Assembly: GCA_041913845.1 (NCBI GenBank)
Contig: JAYSEN010000010.1
Location: forward strand, 25,707-89,706
Direction of reading: 5' to 3'
DNA length: 64,000 nt
Source of the DNA: Undibacterium sp.
Lineage (GTDB): Bacteria; Pseudomonadota; Gammaproteobacteria; Burkholderiales; Burkholderiaceae_D
A model generated the notes under the pieces. It was given only the letters and a program-made list of their open reading frames with translations. It was not told the origin of the DNA and did no database searches. This document shows, in pieces, positions 51,901 to 61,689 of the stretch. Numbering within the stretch: position 1 is the stretch's first letter; the number at the start of each line of letters is the position of its first letter. The position numbers were made by a program, and so were the translations under genes.

Positions 51901-52800
51901 TGTGTGCGCGTCGTACGCCAGCCATCGGCTTCGATGCCGCAACATGAGCTACCGCAGATAGCGCCAGCCAGTATCACCAAATTAAGCCCGGCTCAGGCTG
52001 CCGTCAGCACGATTTATCAGCCTTTTGCCAGTTTTGGCGGGCGTCAGGCCGAACAAGTTACTGAGTATGAAGGTAGTCATAGCTACCCGTTGCGATTAGC
52101 ACAGCGTTTAGCCAATAAAGACCGGGCTGTAAGTCTCAAGGATTACCTAAGTCTGAGTCGGCAAGCACTACCGGATTTATTCAATCTTATCGTGTCGTCT
52201 CCAGTTAAAGGCAGGATTCATTTATACCCGGTACTGTGCTACCAGAATCAGAGTCAGCGCCATGCCTTACGCCCCTGGCTGGATTTTGATCAAATAGCGG
52301 CCTATACGAATTTCATGCGGGCACGCAGTTCGCCAGTTGTCACCCTCAGTGTCGCAAATCCGGCACCGCAAATTTTGCAGCTGGCAATCGAACTCGTGAT
52401 AGCCAGCGAGCTGGTTACGACAGAGTTTAGTGTGATGCTGAATCGTCGTTTGCAAGTGTATTTGTCACCCTGGATAGCCAGCACGCAAGTGCAGCGCCAA
52501 TTTGGCGGATTGCTGACGCAAAGTGCGCTGATGCAGATGCTGGCTGCTATACCCGGTGTCATTGCGGTGGAGTCGCTGCGCTGGCGTATGCTGGTTGATG
52601 ACAGCCAGTCCGCAGCAGAGGTGGAGTTTAGTAGCGGCCAGGAATTGCCCGGTGATAGTCTGACTTGTGATCAGCAAAGCTTACTGGTTTCCGCTTTTTG
52701 CCACCAAATTCTATGTCAAAATAGTGCGCTGGCGTCAGCGGCATCGAATCAGATTCCGGTATTAGCGCAAAAGCAGGAGTTGAGCCTTGGACTCCACTAA
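48898..52800 (+). CDS. Large baseplate J-like protein (Afp11-like)
   Basis: GDWQDFFLKDP, HLQFYYRDIL, QPFASFGGR and RLANKDRAVSLKDY motifs. Contains an inserted hydrophobic helix at about aa 736-780. Confidence 0.85.
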   Translation: MRFNDATSTFAKNLGQQLRPDSVEIDGRDLRDQLAFVAQFSRLVLYYNPQNQQQGDWQDFFLKDPAILLAAISKTDYAHYHAQYLQLKQQIPEHTLPDSDCLNRLCMLLQKMFASLNLWLRNMRKHHHKFDLLSFLSQKIQTQLALQLNLFVLIQQALKLKTYPELVVLDLASLSLFEREWQLSTGQGSALEPVHSEIQIAELIRQLAGVFEQCFDVMVQVCDQAGRDFYKLEQEHCDFPDTALLRACLRLLEQQRQINNNLSQAHLQFYYRDILHTQPAPAELDQALLRLTLNPQVASYVLPANSQFIAGSYADKSPVVFVNQDAAYLNQIQIAALYTELFRPQILAADTTCYSAWQFSRIELSDQVRTNDLAEVIDFPCWGNRDAESVPLVLALASPMLALAQAQRRIRLEFDWLQDFDASTLFTQAGFYLSVADSWQNVTAYLSQADRSGFQLDLPSSVAAITAFSAGSKQASSTWPMLKIVFANHTDMSIVRKFTRLKLETQVTGMTQFTLANDLATLASSQTSPLFAAPAAAGANFYVHAPECFGKPLVYLTLTLNWDKLPACLSTYYASYNYYLAGFPKQLQAADYVMRNSAYTVRCEVRQGDSWRDWSAHCASLAGPPNASYCIMPGTQNELGLFATTRPAPAQQDQDKQVDYENLPASQISLISPADFQAQADLIQPAVAPPAMPAAAHLRLSLVGPAQGFGASLYPELVSALSLKNAQVLIQQAKAGLLSWLAEVLIKGLNKLMTGFKKVLGVVVALIKILLAFIRRLFFGTQNLHDETDEADADNPSCCTAQALSSLCDEKGLFKLPATPLLPGYSSVTLDYLARYTWQSSATQQNQKLSDNSDYPFELFHWRPGGWQRLNSEAQNAQLNAPSALDLIAQPEFTNACYLALSNLVLPSRLRVGFEISRLQDAPGDTELQLVSYLLTQPQKTAVTIWRDETNGLRQSGLIEFDLPALDAASEFVATTDNTVWLVLVAPQAQTELRLAYLGTQCVRVVRQPSASMPQHELPQIAPASITKLSPAQAAVSTIYQPFASFGGRQAEQVTEYEGSHSYPLRLAQRLANKDRAVSLKDYLSLSRQALPDLFNLIVSSPVKGRIHLYPVLCYQNQSQRHALRPWLDFDQIAAYTNFMRARSSPVVTLSVANPAPQILQLAIELVIASELVTTEFSVMLNRRLQVYLSPWIASTQVQRQFGGLLTQSALMQMLAAIPGVIAVESLRWRMLVDDSQSAAEVEFSSGQELPGDSLTCDQQSLLVSAFCHQILCQNSALASAASNQIPVLAQKQELSLGLH

Positions 52801-55387
52801 TAAAAATCCTGCGACCCCCGACTTTATCAGCGATGCGGCGTTGCCACCGAATCTGGATTTTTTGCAACTCAAACAAGCTGCATTAAGCTATATCCAGCAA
52901 GTCAATGGCCATGTCTGGAGTAATTTCAATGAAACCGATCCCGGGGTCACGATACTTGAACAAGTTTGCTATGCGATTAGTGAACTGGCGTATTGCAATG
53001 ACTTTCCCATCGCGGATATTCTGACTGCTGAAGACGGCAAGATCGCGCTACATAATCAATTTTTTGAAGCCGCTGCGATTTTGACGACGAATCCACTGAC
53101 TTTGCGGGATTTTCAAAATTTGATTTTTGATCGCTACAGCGCAGTGCGGGCAATATATCTGCAAGCGGAAACGCTGGCACCGTCGGCAACTGATCAATTT
53201 ACCGGGCGTTATCAAGTCGCCCTGGTGCTGGATCAGAGTAAAACTGAAGCGGGGCAAACCGTGCAGCACTTAAGTGCGGCAATACATCAGTGTTTAAATC
53301 AACATAGAAACCTCGCCGAGTATTTTTTAGCGCCCACGCTCTTGCAACCCCGTGTGGTTAATCTGAGCGCTACGGTGCATTTGCAAGCAGGGAAAAATGC
53401 CGCCACCGTGCTGGCTGAAATTCAACAAACCCTGCGCGACTATGTCTTACCGCGTCCTGTGCAATTTGGGTTTCAGCAGCTCAGCGCAAGCGATCTGAGT
53501 ACGGAAGCGATATTGAATGGGCCTCGTATGCAACATGGCTGGATGGCTGCAGGCGAGCTATTGACGCCAACGGTGTTGCTGCGCATAGCAGATATTAGTT
53601 TGCAAATCAGTCAAGTGAGTGGTGTTGCCGCTTTGCTGGGTTTGCAATTTCAGGATTTTCCCGGACAACCAGTGCTTGCAGTGGCGAGCAACGAGTATGC
53701 TGAATTGATACTGGGTGCGGACTTTGTCTTGATGGAAAATGGATTGCGCCTGACACACGAACAAGGCCCCTATCAGAGTCAGTTGCAATTAGCGGCACTC
53801 AAATCGCAACATGCGATACGCGGTGTCGAAGCGCAGCACGATCTTACGCCCGCTTTGCCGCAAGGGCGTTTCCGCGACATTGCAAGCTATTACTCGATAC
53901 AAAATACCTTTCCGGATAGTTATGGCGTCGGGCCAAATTCATTAGAGCAAGCGGCACCCGCTTACCGGATCGCCGCAGCCAGGCAGTTAAAAGCTTATTT
54001 GCTGGTGTACGATCAAATCTTGGCAAATCAGTTTGCCCAGACTGCTCATCTGGCTGATTTGTTTGCTTTTACGCCACGTCAAGCACAAGTCAAAACACCC
54101 GCAACTGAACCCGAAGCGCGGCGCTTTGCACAGACTTATTATTGGCAATGTCTGTATCAAATTCCCGATGTGCAGAATTTACTGCGGGGGCACGAACACT
54201 ATGCTTACAGTTTCGAGCAAAAGCAAACCCCGTCGTCACGTGAAAAGCAAGCGTGGAAACGCTTTACCAGCAGTGCTTACAACGAATACGTCTATGGTTT
54301 ACAACAAGCTTGCGAAAGCGAACAAACGGCTGAGCAAAGACGTGAAGCGTTTTTAAATCACCTGCTGGCAAGGCAAGGTTACTTTATGGGGGATTACGAC
54401 GTGTTATTGCAAGCGCCAGTGCGCTACGGTACGCCACGTCGTAGTCGTATCATCGCCAAAACCATCTGGCTGCAAAACGAACAGCTCTTGTCGTATGCAC
54501 GTTATACCGGATTTGATCCTTTGGCGGCACGCAAGTTGAGCGATCTTGCGAGTTATGACAAGCAACAAAATCTGGCGGCACAACAGCGTAATGCCACTAC
54601 CACCGGGTCTGCAGTAAAATCGTCGTCAGAAACAGCAGCGACAAGCACGATTAATGGCGTGCCCGATTTGCCGCGTATCTGGGCTCAGCACAAAATACGT
54701 CAGCAAGATCTGGCTGATTGCAGCAGTTTTGAATGCAGGCTAGATCAATTGCTGGGCTTACGTGAGTATTTGCAGCAATTAATACATAGCCTGGAAAGGG
54801 TGTTGGCAGATCCCAGTTTTATGTCCTGGCTTTTGCGCGACGCAGCGACGACCAGTTTGTATTTGCCTGAGGCAGAGCTAGTGTTGCAGGCGGGCGAGCA
54901 GCACGATCTCCTGGCGTGGCGGCAAGGCGATCAAAGTGAAGCGATCTTGCAAATCAATTGGAGTGCAGCAGGCAAGGCGAGTTTAGCGGATTACCATCAA
55001 ATCTTATTGCAATTACGCTGGTTATCGGAACAGCGCCGCGCCTGTTTGCTAATCGAACCGATTTTATTGCTAGACCCGGCACAGCCTGTAACGCTGGAAA
55101 ACTATGGGTATTGTCTGACCGTATTTTTAATCTTGCCGGATTATGTGATGCGCTTTCGCAGCCTCGCTTTCCAGCGCGATTTACAGCAACTGCAGCAGCA
55201 GTTTTTTCCTTTGCATCTGACGCTGCAAATTAAGTTATACAGTCCGGTGTTGTTGCGCGCCCTAATACACAGTTATACCTTGTGGCACAACCAGGCGCAA
55301 AGCGCGACGCTCAGGAATAAGTATGCACGCCAATTGCGACGCTTATTGCAATTACCTGATGCCGATGGAGCACCTCATGTTGAATGA
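52787..55387 (+). CDS. Baseplate protein (Afp12-like)
   Basis: WSNFNETDPGVTILEQVCYAISEL, PLTLRDF, HRNLAE, SIQNTFP..YGVG, QLKAYLLVYDQILAN, FLNHLLARQG and IEPILL motifs. TTG start. Confidence 0.87.
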   Translation: MDSTNKNPATPDFISDAALPPNLDFLQLKQAALSYIQQVNGHVWSNFNETDPGVTILEQVCYAISELAYCNDFPIADILTAEDGKIALHNQFFEAAAILTTNPLTLRDFQNLIFDRYSAVRAIYLQAETLAPSATDQFTGRYQVALVLDQSKTEAGQTVQHLSAAIHQCLNQHRNLAEYFLAPTLLQPRVVNLSATVHLQAGKNAATVLAEIQQTLRDYVLPRPVQFGFQQLSASDLSTEAILNGPRMQHGWMAAGELLTPTVLLRIADISLQISQVSGVAALLGLQFQDFPGQPVLAVASNEYAELILGADFVLMENGLRLTHEQGPYQSQLQLAALKSQHAIRGVEAQHDLTPALPQGRFRDIASYYSIQNTFPDSYGVGPNSLEQAAPAYRIAAARQLKAYLLVYDQILANQFAQTAHLADLFAFTPRQAQVKTPATEPEARRFAQTYYWQCLYQIPDVQNLLRGHEHYAYSFEQKQTPSSREKQAWKRFTSSAYNEYVYGLQQACESEQTAEQRREAFLNHLLARQGYFMGDYDVLLQAPVRYGTPRRSRIIAKTIWLQNEQLLSYARYTGFDPLAARKLSDLASYDKQQNLAAQQRNATTTGSAVKSSSETAATSTINGVPDLPRIWAQHKIRQQDLADCSSFECRLDQLLGLREYLQQLIHSLERVLADPSFMSWLLRDAATTSLYLPEAELVLQAGEQHDLLAWRQGDQSEAILQINWSAAGKASLADYHQILLQLRWLSEQRRACLLIEPILLLDPAQPVTLENYGYCLTVFLILPDYVMRFRSLAFQRDLQQLQQQFFPLHLTLQIKLYSPVLLRALIHSYTLWHNQAQSATLRNKYARQLRRLLQLPDADGAPHVE

Positions 55388-58300
55388 ACACAGGATAGCG
55401 CGTGTAATTTGGGATACCGGGCTGTCGCAGGCCAGTGCGGTGCATGAGTGGCAAAATCAATTGAGCCGCTATAGCAAACAAAACTTATCCGAGTTGTTGA
55501 ATGCGGTTCTGGATGAATTTTGTGGCGCCTCAGGGTATCTCCAATTTGAGCAGATTGAATTGGATTTAGGGCAAATTCCCGCTGATATCTTTTGGCAAGA
55601 GTTACCGCGGCGTTTGCGCCAACAATTGCAAACCTGGTTGCAACAGTGGTTGGTTGTAGCGCCAGCCGAACTTAAACAGCAGGCGCACACGGGCCTGCCT
55701 TTGGTTTTGCAGCGTGAATTAGCGAGTCTGGCCTGGTATTTACGTTATGCCAGTTATCCCTGGTGGCATCAGCAAGCCAGCGCAACCCAGTTAATGCAAA
55801 ACCTCTTGCGGAAGCATGCGCAGAGCTTACGTAGTCTGTTGCAAGAACTGGCGCAGCAAAGCACGGTGCGCTGGCGTCTGGTGTTGCAATTTCATGCGGA
55901 ATTTGACGCAATTCTGAATTTGCTTGAACCTGGTCAGGCCAGTTGGTTACTTGATTACATACGGCATCTGCTCGAGTTGCAACAGCAGTATGAATTGTTA
56001 GTCATGCCACGCGATGAATTTAAACAAAAGCTCTGCTATGTGGTCTTGACTCAAGTCATCTGTGATCGTGGCAGCTTATTTAATCAGGCGAATTTTTTAC
56101 AAGCAAATTTGCAACTGCTGGCGCAGCAAGTCGGGTGCAGCTATGCCTATTTGCTGGCGACACTTTGGCAAGTGCTGGCATTTGTCGAGCGACGAGGTAA
56201 GCCGGCACACCGCTGGTTCAGCACGCTGCACTACTTGCAGCAACAGCAAGCGGCGCATTTCCCGGCGCGCGGCGGGCAGGGTTACACTTTATCCTCTTCG
56301 CGCCGTGCCGATACTGAACAAGAGTCTTTAACATGGCTAGGCTTACAGAATGCCTGGCAACATTTACGAGCACGCCAAAAAATTGGCGAAACAGAGTGGC
56401 AGCTTGCCAAACTCTTAGTCTGGGCTACGAAAACTAATGCTCAGCGCCTGGCGCAGGTGTTACGGACAGGTGGCGATGTTGATGCGCGTAGCCAGTTTTT
56501 AATCGAGCAACTAACTAAGCCGGAACTTGTGCAGTTGCTACCGGTATTAGCACCCAGCGATCATGTATTTATTCACGTCCATATACAGCAGCAAAGCCTG
56601 ATGGCCAGAGAAAAAAACTGGCAAGAAGAATCAGGCTGGCGTGTCGTACTGGGTTATTTACTGAGTAGTAGCGCGAGTTATTTCAATCGTCGCCAATTTG
56701 TTGCCTTAAGTCTGCATAAGACCGCCAGGCGTTATGCCATTGACCTAGGATGGTTACTGAATTGGATGATCGCGAGTTTGCAAAAACTTCAACCGGTCGC
56801 CCATCGTTTTGAATTGCTGATCATTTGTCGCGAATTATTTAATTCACAGCGACAGCAAGCATTGAGCGCGCAAGCGCGCGAGAACGACGGAGCAGCAACA
56901 CTCGTTTTGCCAGTTACTGAAGCGTACCAGCCAGTCAGCCATGTCAGTGCGGCGTATCCTGCATATTCTGCCGAAGCCGTACCAGTTTATTTGCCTTCGG
57001 GTACGCCATCTTATGTCGCCGACAGGCAAAGCTCGCCCGCACTTCTTATGGGCAGCCCGGCGTGCGATAAACCAGATTTGATAAGCGAAACGAATTGCTC
57101 GCTAACGCCGATGACTTGGCGCGCTTTAAGTCCAGCCAGTCAGCAGGCAATTCTGCAGCGCTTAATTCAACAATTCAAGTCTCAGATGCGCATAGTTGAT
57201 GCCACGCTGGCGCAACAAATGCAGTTTTATTTTGGGAAATTGGGTAAGGCACAAGCGCATTTAATCTGGCAACAACAATTCTCAGCGTTGGGTGGGGAAG
57301 TAACAAGCTGGCTCGCTGATATGCGCGAGCTGGCGCAGGCTATGCGGGCACAACGCCAATTGTATCGCTATTGGCGCAAGCATTACCCCAGTCTTAATCA
57401 GATTAAGCTGAGTTTGACCCACCTGGCTTTGAACTGGCCAGACGATAGCCGCGCCAGCAATTCGCAACTGAGCCGGCTAGTGATGGAAAAAGTTTGTGCA
57501 TCCTTGTTTGCCGACAAGCCGGGCAGCGCCAGTCAGCAGGCGCTAGTTCAGGCACAAGCCAGTCAGACCGGTCTACGTGCCTCCCCCGATTTTTTTCTGC
57601 GCTTAATTGGCACGCCCTGGTATGCTGATCTACGTGCGCATTTGCTGTTGCAGGATCAGTTTGAAAAAGCTGAGTTCAATTCAGGATTCATAAAAGCTCG
57701 CCAGAGCACAGGCAAAACCTTGCCTGGACTGACACTGCAAAAGCACCCGACGATCTTGCAAACTGTGCGAAATTCGCAAAAACCTAAGCGCATCGCTATA
57801 AATGCAGCATTAAGTCAGCGTAATGCTGATTTGAATTGGCCAGGCTTTTTTGCCCATCACCCGGCTTGCCGTTATCTACTGAATTATGCTGCGCACGCAA
57901 ATGCTTCGGCAATGCGCAGGCAATTACATTATCTGCCTGCCAGCTTAAGCTGGTTTGATTTGCTCTCAGCGTATTGTGCCAGACGAGTTGGGGTGGGTAG
58001 TCGTGGGCGGGGTGCGCAACACGAATCAAATCGACAGCGCTGGCAGCACGGTGGAAATGCGGCAGCTCAGGGGCAGTGCCGAGCTTGGTACCGCAACAAA
58101 TCAGCCAGTTTGCCGCGGCTTGTGAGGTATGGCAGTGAAGCCAGTTTATTTCGCGCTTTGCAATTTCCAGCTTTCAGCGTTCACAGCCCAACCCGGCTTA
58201 GGCAATTACAACGTTGGCTAACTACGCTGACAAACCGCCCAGCCAGTTCTGCACAAGCGCAGAATGTGTTGCGAGAAACTTGGCTGGCACTGGCGCTTAG

Positions 58301-59831
58301 TTATCGACATAAAACTGTAAGTGAAGTTGAATTTTATCGACATCTGCTGCGTATCTTAGCGCAAGACTATGCGTGGGACAGCCACGCTCTTCAGCAGGCT
58401 TACCAACAAGATAGTGTGTGGCGACAAGATAAGTTCTGGGCCAATGTTTTCGATGCGAAGCCGCAAGCTAATTTCAAAACAGGCCGGATATCGCAATCCT
58501 ATGCCAGCACACGTCAAGTTACGCTAGGTCTGGCTGCGATGCCAGGCCAGTTCACACTGGAGCAGGATTATCAGGCAGCCTACCTGCAGCATGCCTTATG
58601 TGCCAGCGTCATGCAGCATTATGTAGAACACGGTGGTTTACCACCAGGCTTAAGCAATGCCGGGGCGTGGTCAATGCGACGATTTTGGCATGATGCAATA
58701 GCGCAAGGGTATGACCTGCGCGGCCAGCTACTCAGACATTGCCGTTTCACCGAGGAAAAAGTGCAGCGGATTTCTGCATTTTTAAACCCGCAACAGGTAC
58801 AGAAATTGCTTGTTACAGCATCGGGAATCAGTCGCGAGCAAGCACGGGCACTGCAAATCTGGCAGCACCATCTGGCACACCTGGGTTTGGCTGAACACGA
58901 CAAATTGCGCTTGCAAGCCCACTGGCAAAGCTATTTACTCAGCGCTTGGTGGCGCGGTGATAAGCAAGCCTTTAGTGCTGAGCGCTGGCTGCTGAGTCTG
59001 CAGCGCTTTATACAAAGTCTGAGTGCGCGTCAGCGCTTGACTATACAAACCGGTTTAGTGCGTTTGAGTTTGTCGCTGCCGCAGACCTGGCGTCAGGCTT
59101 TGCAGCTAGTGCTGGGGCAAACGCCGGGTTTGACCCGACAGCAGCAGGAAAAAAACAGTGCTAACGTCAAGCAACTCCGGCAAATAAACCCGGCACAAGT
59201 AAGTCAACACGGAAAGCAGAGATTCGAGCAAACACCCGCGCAAGCGAGATTAACTTCTGAAGAAACCGCGATGCAAGAGCGACCAATTAAACCTGACTTA
59301 TCGGCCCAGCAGCACGCTGATTTAAGTTTGCCTATCTTGATCAGAAATGGCGGATTAGTGCTGCTGCAAAGCTTTTACGGCGCCTTATTCCATCGTTTGA
59401 ATTACACCGATGGTGAGCAATTTTTAAGTCAGGAAACCCGGCAACGGGCGGCGATGGTATTGCACTACCTGAGTACAGGTGAAACCCAGGCCGACGAAGC
59501 GGATTTACTACTGAATAAATTATTGACAGGTATGACGCCGACCATGAACTTACCTGCGGCAATTGAATTAGAGCAATTTGAAGTGGATGTGTGTAATAGC
59601 CTGTTGCATTCGGCGATAGATTACTGGAGTGCGATAGGACGTAGTACGGTAGATGGATTTCGTGGGAACTGGTTGATACGCCATGCCAGCATAAGCGATG
59701 CAGGAGACCATTGGCGCTTGCTGGTGGAAAAACGTGCTTATGATATTTTGCTGGGACGATCACCATTTTCTTATTCCGTTGTACGTCTGCCCTGGATGGC
59801 AAAAGCGATTTATGTGACCTGGCCCACTTAA
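55377..59831 (+). CDS. CIS tape measure protein (Afp14-like), ~1484 aa
   Basis: N-terminal HRIARVIWD and C-terminal IRNGGLVLL...LLLNKLL.G...W.L.VE..AYDILL..SP.SYSVVRLPWM..AIYVTW. Start moved to ATG 55377 after GGAG. Confidence 0.88.
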   Translation: MLNEHRIARVIWDTGLSQASAVHEWQNQLSRYSKQNLSELLNAVLDEFCGASGYLQFEQIELDLGQIPADIFWQELPRRLRQQLQTWLQQWLVVAPAELKQQAHTGLPLVLQRELASLAWYLRYASYPWWHQQASATQLMQNLLRKHAQSLRSLLQELAQQSTVRWRLVLQFHAEFDAILNLLEPGQASWLLDYIRHLLELQQQYELLVMPRDEFKQKLCYVVLTQVICDRGSLFNQANFLQANLQLLAQQVGCSYAYLLATLWQVLAFVERRGKPAHRWFSTLHYLQQQQAAHFPARGGQGYTLSSSRRADTEQESLTWLGLQNAWQHLRARQKIGETEWQLAKLLVWATKTNAQRLAQVLRTGGDVDARSQFLIEQLTKPELVQLLPVLAPSDHVFIHVHIQQQSLMAREKNWQEESGWRVVLGYLLSSSASYFNRRQFVALSLHKTARRYAIDLGWLLNWMIASLQKLQPVAHRFELLIICRELFNSQRQQALSAQARENDGAATLVLPVTEAYQPVSHVSAAYPAYSAEAVPVYLPSGTPSYVADRQSSPALLMGSPACDKPDLISETNCSLTPMTWRALSPASQQAILQRLIQQFKSQMRIVDATLAQQMQFYFGKLGKAQAHLIWQQQFSALGGEVTSWLADMRELAQAMRAQRQLYRYWRKHYPSLNQIKLSLTHLALNWPDDSRASNSQLSRLVMEKVCASLFADKPGSASQQALVQAQASQTGLRASPDFFLRLIGTPWYADLRAHLLLQDQFEKAEFNSGFIKARQSTGKTLPGLTLQKHPTILQTVRNSQKPKRIAINAALSQRNADLNWPGFFAHHPACRYLLNYAAHANASAMRRQLHYLPASLSWFDLLSAYCARRVGVGSRGRGAQHESNRQRWQHGGNAAAQGQCRAWYRNKSASLPRLVRYGSEASLFRALQFPAFSVHSPTRLRQLQRWLTTLTNRPASSAQAQNVLRETWLALALSYRHKTVSEVEFYRHLLRILAQDYAWDSHALQQAYQQDSVWRQDKFWANVFDAKPQANFKTGRISQSYASTRQVTLGLAAMPGQFTLEQDYQAAYLQHALCASVMQHYVEHGGLPPGLSNAGAWSMRRFWHDAIAQGYDLRGQLLRHCRFTEEKVQRISAFLNPQQVQKLLVTASGISREQARALQIWQHHLAHLGLAEHDKLRLQAHWQSYLLSAWWRGDKQAFSAERWLLSLQRFIQSLSARQRLTIQTGLVRLSLSLPQTWRQALQLVLGQTPGLTRQQQEKNSANVKQLRQINPAQVSQHGKQRFEQTPAQARLTSEETAMQERPIKPDLSAQQHADLSLPILIRNGGLVLLQSFYGALFHRLNYTDGEQFLSQETRQRAAMVLHYLSTGETQADEADLLLNKLLTGMTPTMNLPAAIELEQFEVDVCNSLLHSAIDYWSAIGRSTVDGFRGNWLIRHASISDAGDHWRLLVEKRAYDILLGRSPFSYSVVRLPWMAKAIYVTWPT

Positions 59832-59899
59832 GCGCGAGTCAGCGGTTACGTTTAAGTGCTTATTTTGTAGTTTTCTCTCACCTGTTAAAGGAAAAGGAA

Positions 59900-61666
59900 A
59901 TGAATACCTATAACGATAATTTGCAGCAAACGGTGATTAACACGCTAAGTGCATTGGCGACCCAGCAAGTCAAGCTGGATTCGCAAAATACCAGTGCTAA
60001 ATACAATTTGTATTATGCTCAGGGTGCTGAAATTACCGCCAGCGATAAGTTGGCAGATACCAAAAAGTCCACCAAGTACGCGGATTCCGTGAATCAACAA
60101 GGGCGCTTGAATGACTATCAAGCCGTCAATCTGCTTGCCACAGTGACGGGATTTAATGCCGATGTAACGGCTTCGCGTGCAAATAGCGCAACTGCGGCAG
60201 CGAACATACAAATCGCGTCGAACGCGATCGCATTGCTGGCATCGGATTTAGGCGCAGCCATGAATATCGCGTCGGCTTCTTTATTTAATACCGACACGTA
60301 TTACCGTATCCAGGAAGCGAATGCCTATGTTAATGAAGTCGCCAATGAGGCCAAGGCCTTGTCGTTTAAAGGTATGGAAGCCTCGGCTCTGAGTTCTGAA
60401 ATTATTGGCACCGATTTATTGAATCAAACTACTGCGGTCAAAGCGAAGCTGGATCAATTATTGAGCGCAACGCAGGCCCAGTTCGATCAAATCTCGGCAT
60501 TAATAATTACCGAAAGTCAGACCCTGGGTGGCGCAAGCAAGGCCGAGCGTCAGGCTGAGGGTTTGTTGAATGACGCAGATGCGCAATTGCACTCGATTAA
60601 CGAAGCCTACACCAACACAAATCAGCAATTAAATTACGATTTGAAAATTAGTAATAGCAGCCAGACAGGTTTCACTGCCAGCTTTGCCACCTTGGGTGAA
60701 CCTCATCCACGTTTTCAATCGGCAGATGCCAGTAAAATAAAAATTCCCGCCAAAGCTGGCTTTCCGCGTTATTTTATCGCCCTGGTACCGGAAGATAAGA
60801 AAGCCTTGTTTTCCAGTGATCAGGCTCAACAATTGTTCGCACAATATGGTGGTGACAGTATCTCGGATACTGGGGCTGAAAATCAGCGGTTTTATCAGGT
60901 GACCCAATTCCAGGGGCAAAGCGCGCAGCAAAGCTTTACCTATGTGGGCGATGCCTACGGCATGGCGATAGAGCCGGGTAAAAATTATGTCGCGTATTTA
61001 TACATAGAATTATCGATGGAATACAAACGCTTCATCGGTAATTTTTGCGATATCTTATCGGCACCTAGCCAGGTTTTTGTTCCGGCCAATTCCTTGCCAG
61101 AAATTCAGAAGCGCTTTAGTTTCCGTAATTCTGTCCTGCAATTTAATGCCAAAGGCCAAGGCCCCGCTGCACTTGAATACCGCTGCATACTGGTCGAAGT
61201 ATCACGCCCTTACGAATTGAATTTACTGGTGGCTGACGATGATAATGATGCGCCCGTCAAACTGGAATTGCAGATCAGCGGTTCGGCGGCCCTGGAAGAG
61301 ACCTTGCAAGTGCATATCGAAGCACCTGCGTCGAGTCAGATCAGTGCGCAAAATGCTGACGTGCCGATTTACTTCGATACGACTATCGCTGAGCAAGTTG
61401 CTCCTTCCAACTTCACGAAGGCGGTATCACGCAGCTTGGGGGCATCCGCAACTGATGTCACAAGTGATGCGGCTGCCTGTCAGGATAATGCGATTTATTC
61501 CTACGAAGTCAGTTTTAATCAAACCACCACCGATAACTTCGGCAATAAATTGCGCAGTAATACGCGTTACAAACCCTATGTGCTGGCCATTGTTGATAGC
61601 GATGAGGCCGGCGCTTACCTGACTAGTCTGACTGAATTCGAACCCATCATCGTGAATGCCCAATAA
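59900..61666 (+). CDS. CIS-associated protein: ~245-aa helical hairpin + two repeated beta-rich domains
   Basis: Ala/Gln/Asn/Thr-rich heptad-like N-terminus. A D-x-[YF]-G-x2-[IL]-x2-[GN]-x2-Y-x2-Y motif occurs at aa 351-369 and 545-564. AAGGA RBS, with no terminator after the tape measure gene. Confidence 0.75.
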   Translation: MNTYNDNLQQTVINTLSALATQQVKLDSQNTSAKYNLYYAQGAEITASDKLADTKKSTKYADSVNQQGRLNDYQAVNLLATVTGFNADVTASRANSATAAANIQIASNAIALLASDLGAAMNIASASLFNTDTYYRIQEANAYVNEVANEAKALSFKGMEASALSSEIIGTDLLNQTTAVKAKLDQLLSATQAQFDQISALIITESQTLGGASKAERQAEGLLNDADAQLHSINEAYTNTNQQLNYDLKISNSSQTGFTASFATLGEPHPRFQSADASKIKIPAKAGFPRYFIALVPEDKKALFSSDQAQQLFAQYGGDSISDTGAENQRFYQVTQFQGQSAQQSFTYVGDAYGMAIEPGKNYVAYLYIELSMEYKRFIGNFCDILSAPSQVFVPANSLPEIQKRFSFRNSVLQFNAKGQGPAALEYRCILVEVSRPYELNLLVADDDNDAPVKLELQISGSAALEETLQVHIEAPASSQISAQNADVPIYFDTTIAEQVAPSNFTKAVSRSLGASATDVTSDAAACQDNAIYSYEVSFNQTTTDNFGNKLRSNTRYKPYVLAIVDSDEAGAYLTSLTEFEPIIVNAQ

Positions 61667-61689
61667 TTTGTGGATACAAGGAGAATAGT

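Noticed and set aside
57900-58140. Odd Arg/Gly/Gln-rich stretch in the tape measure suggesting a frameshift
   Set aside because: The frame stays open from the conserved N-terminus to the conserved C-terminus, so there is no direct evidence of pseudogenisation.
41368-59831. Interpretation as a prophage or a canonical T6SS
   Set aside because: No capsid, terminase, portal or integrase, and no TssJLM, ClpV or TssA. The gene set and order are those of eCIS.
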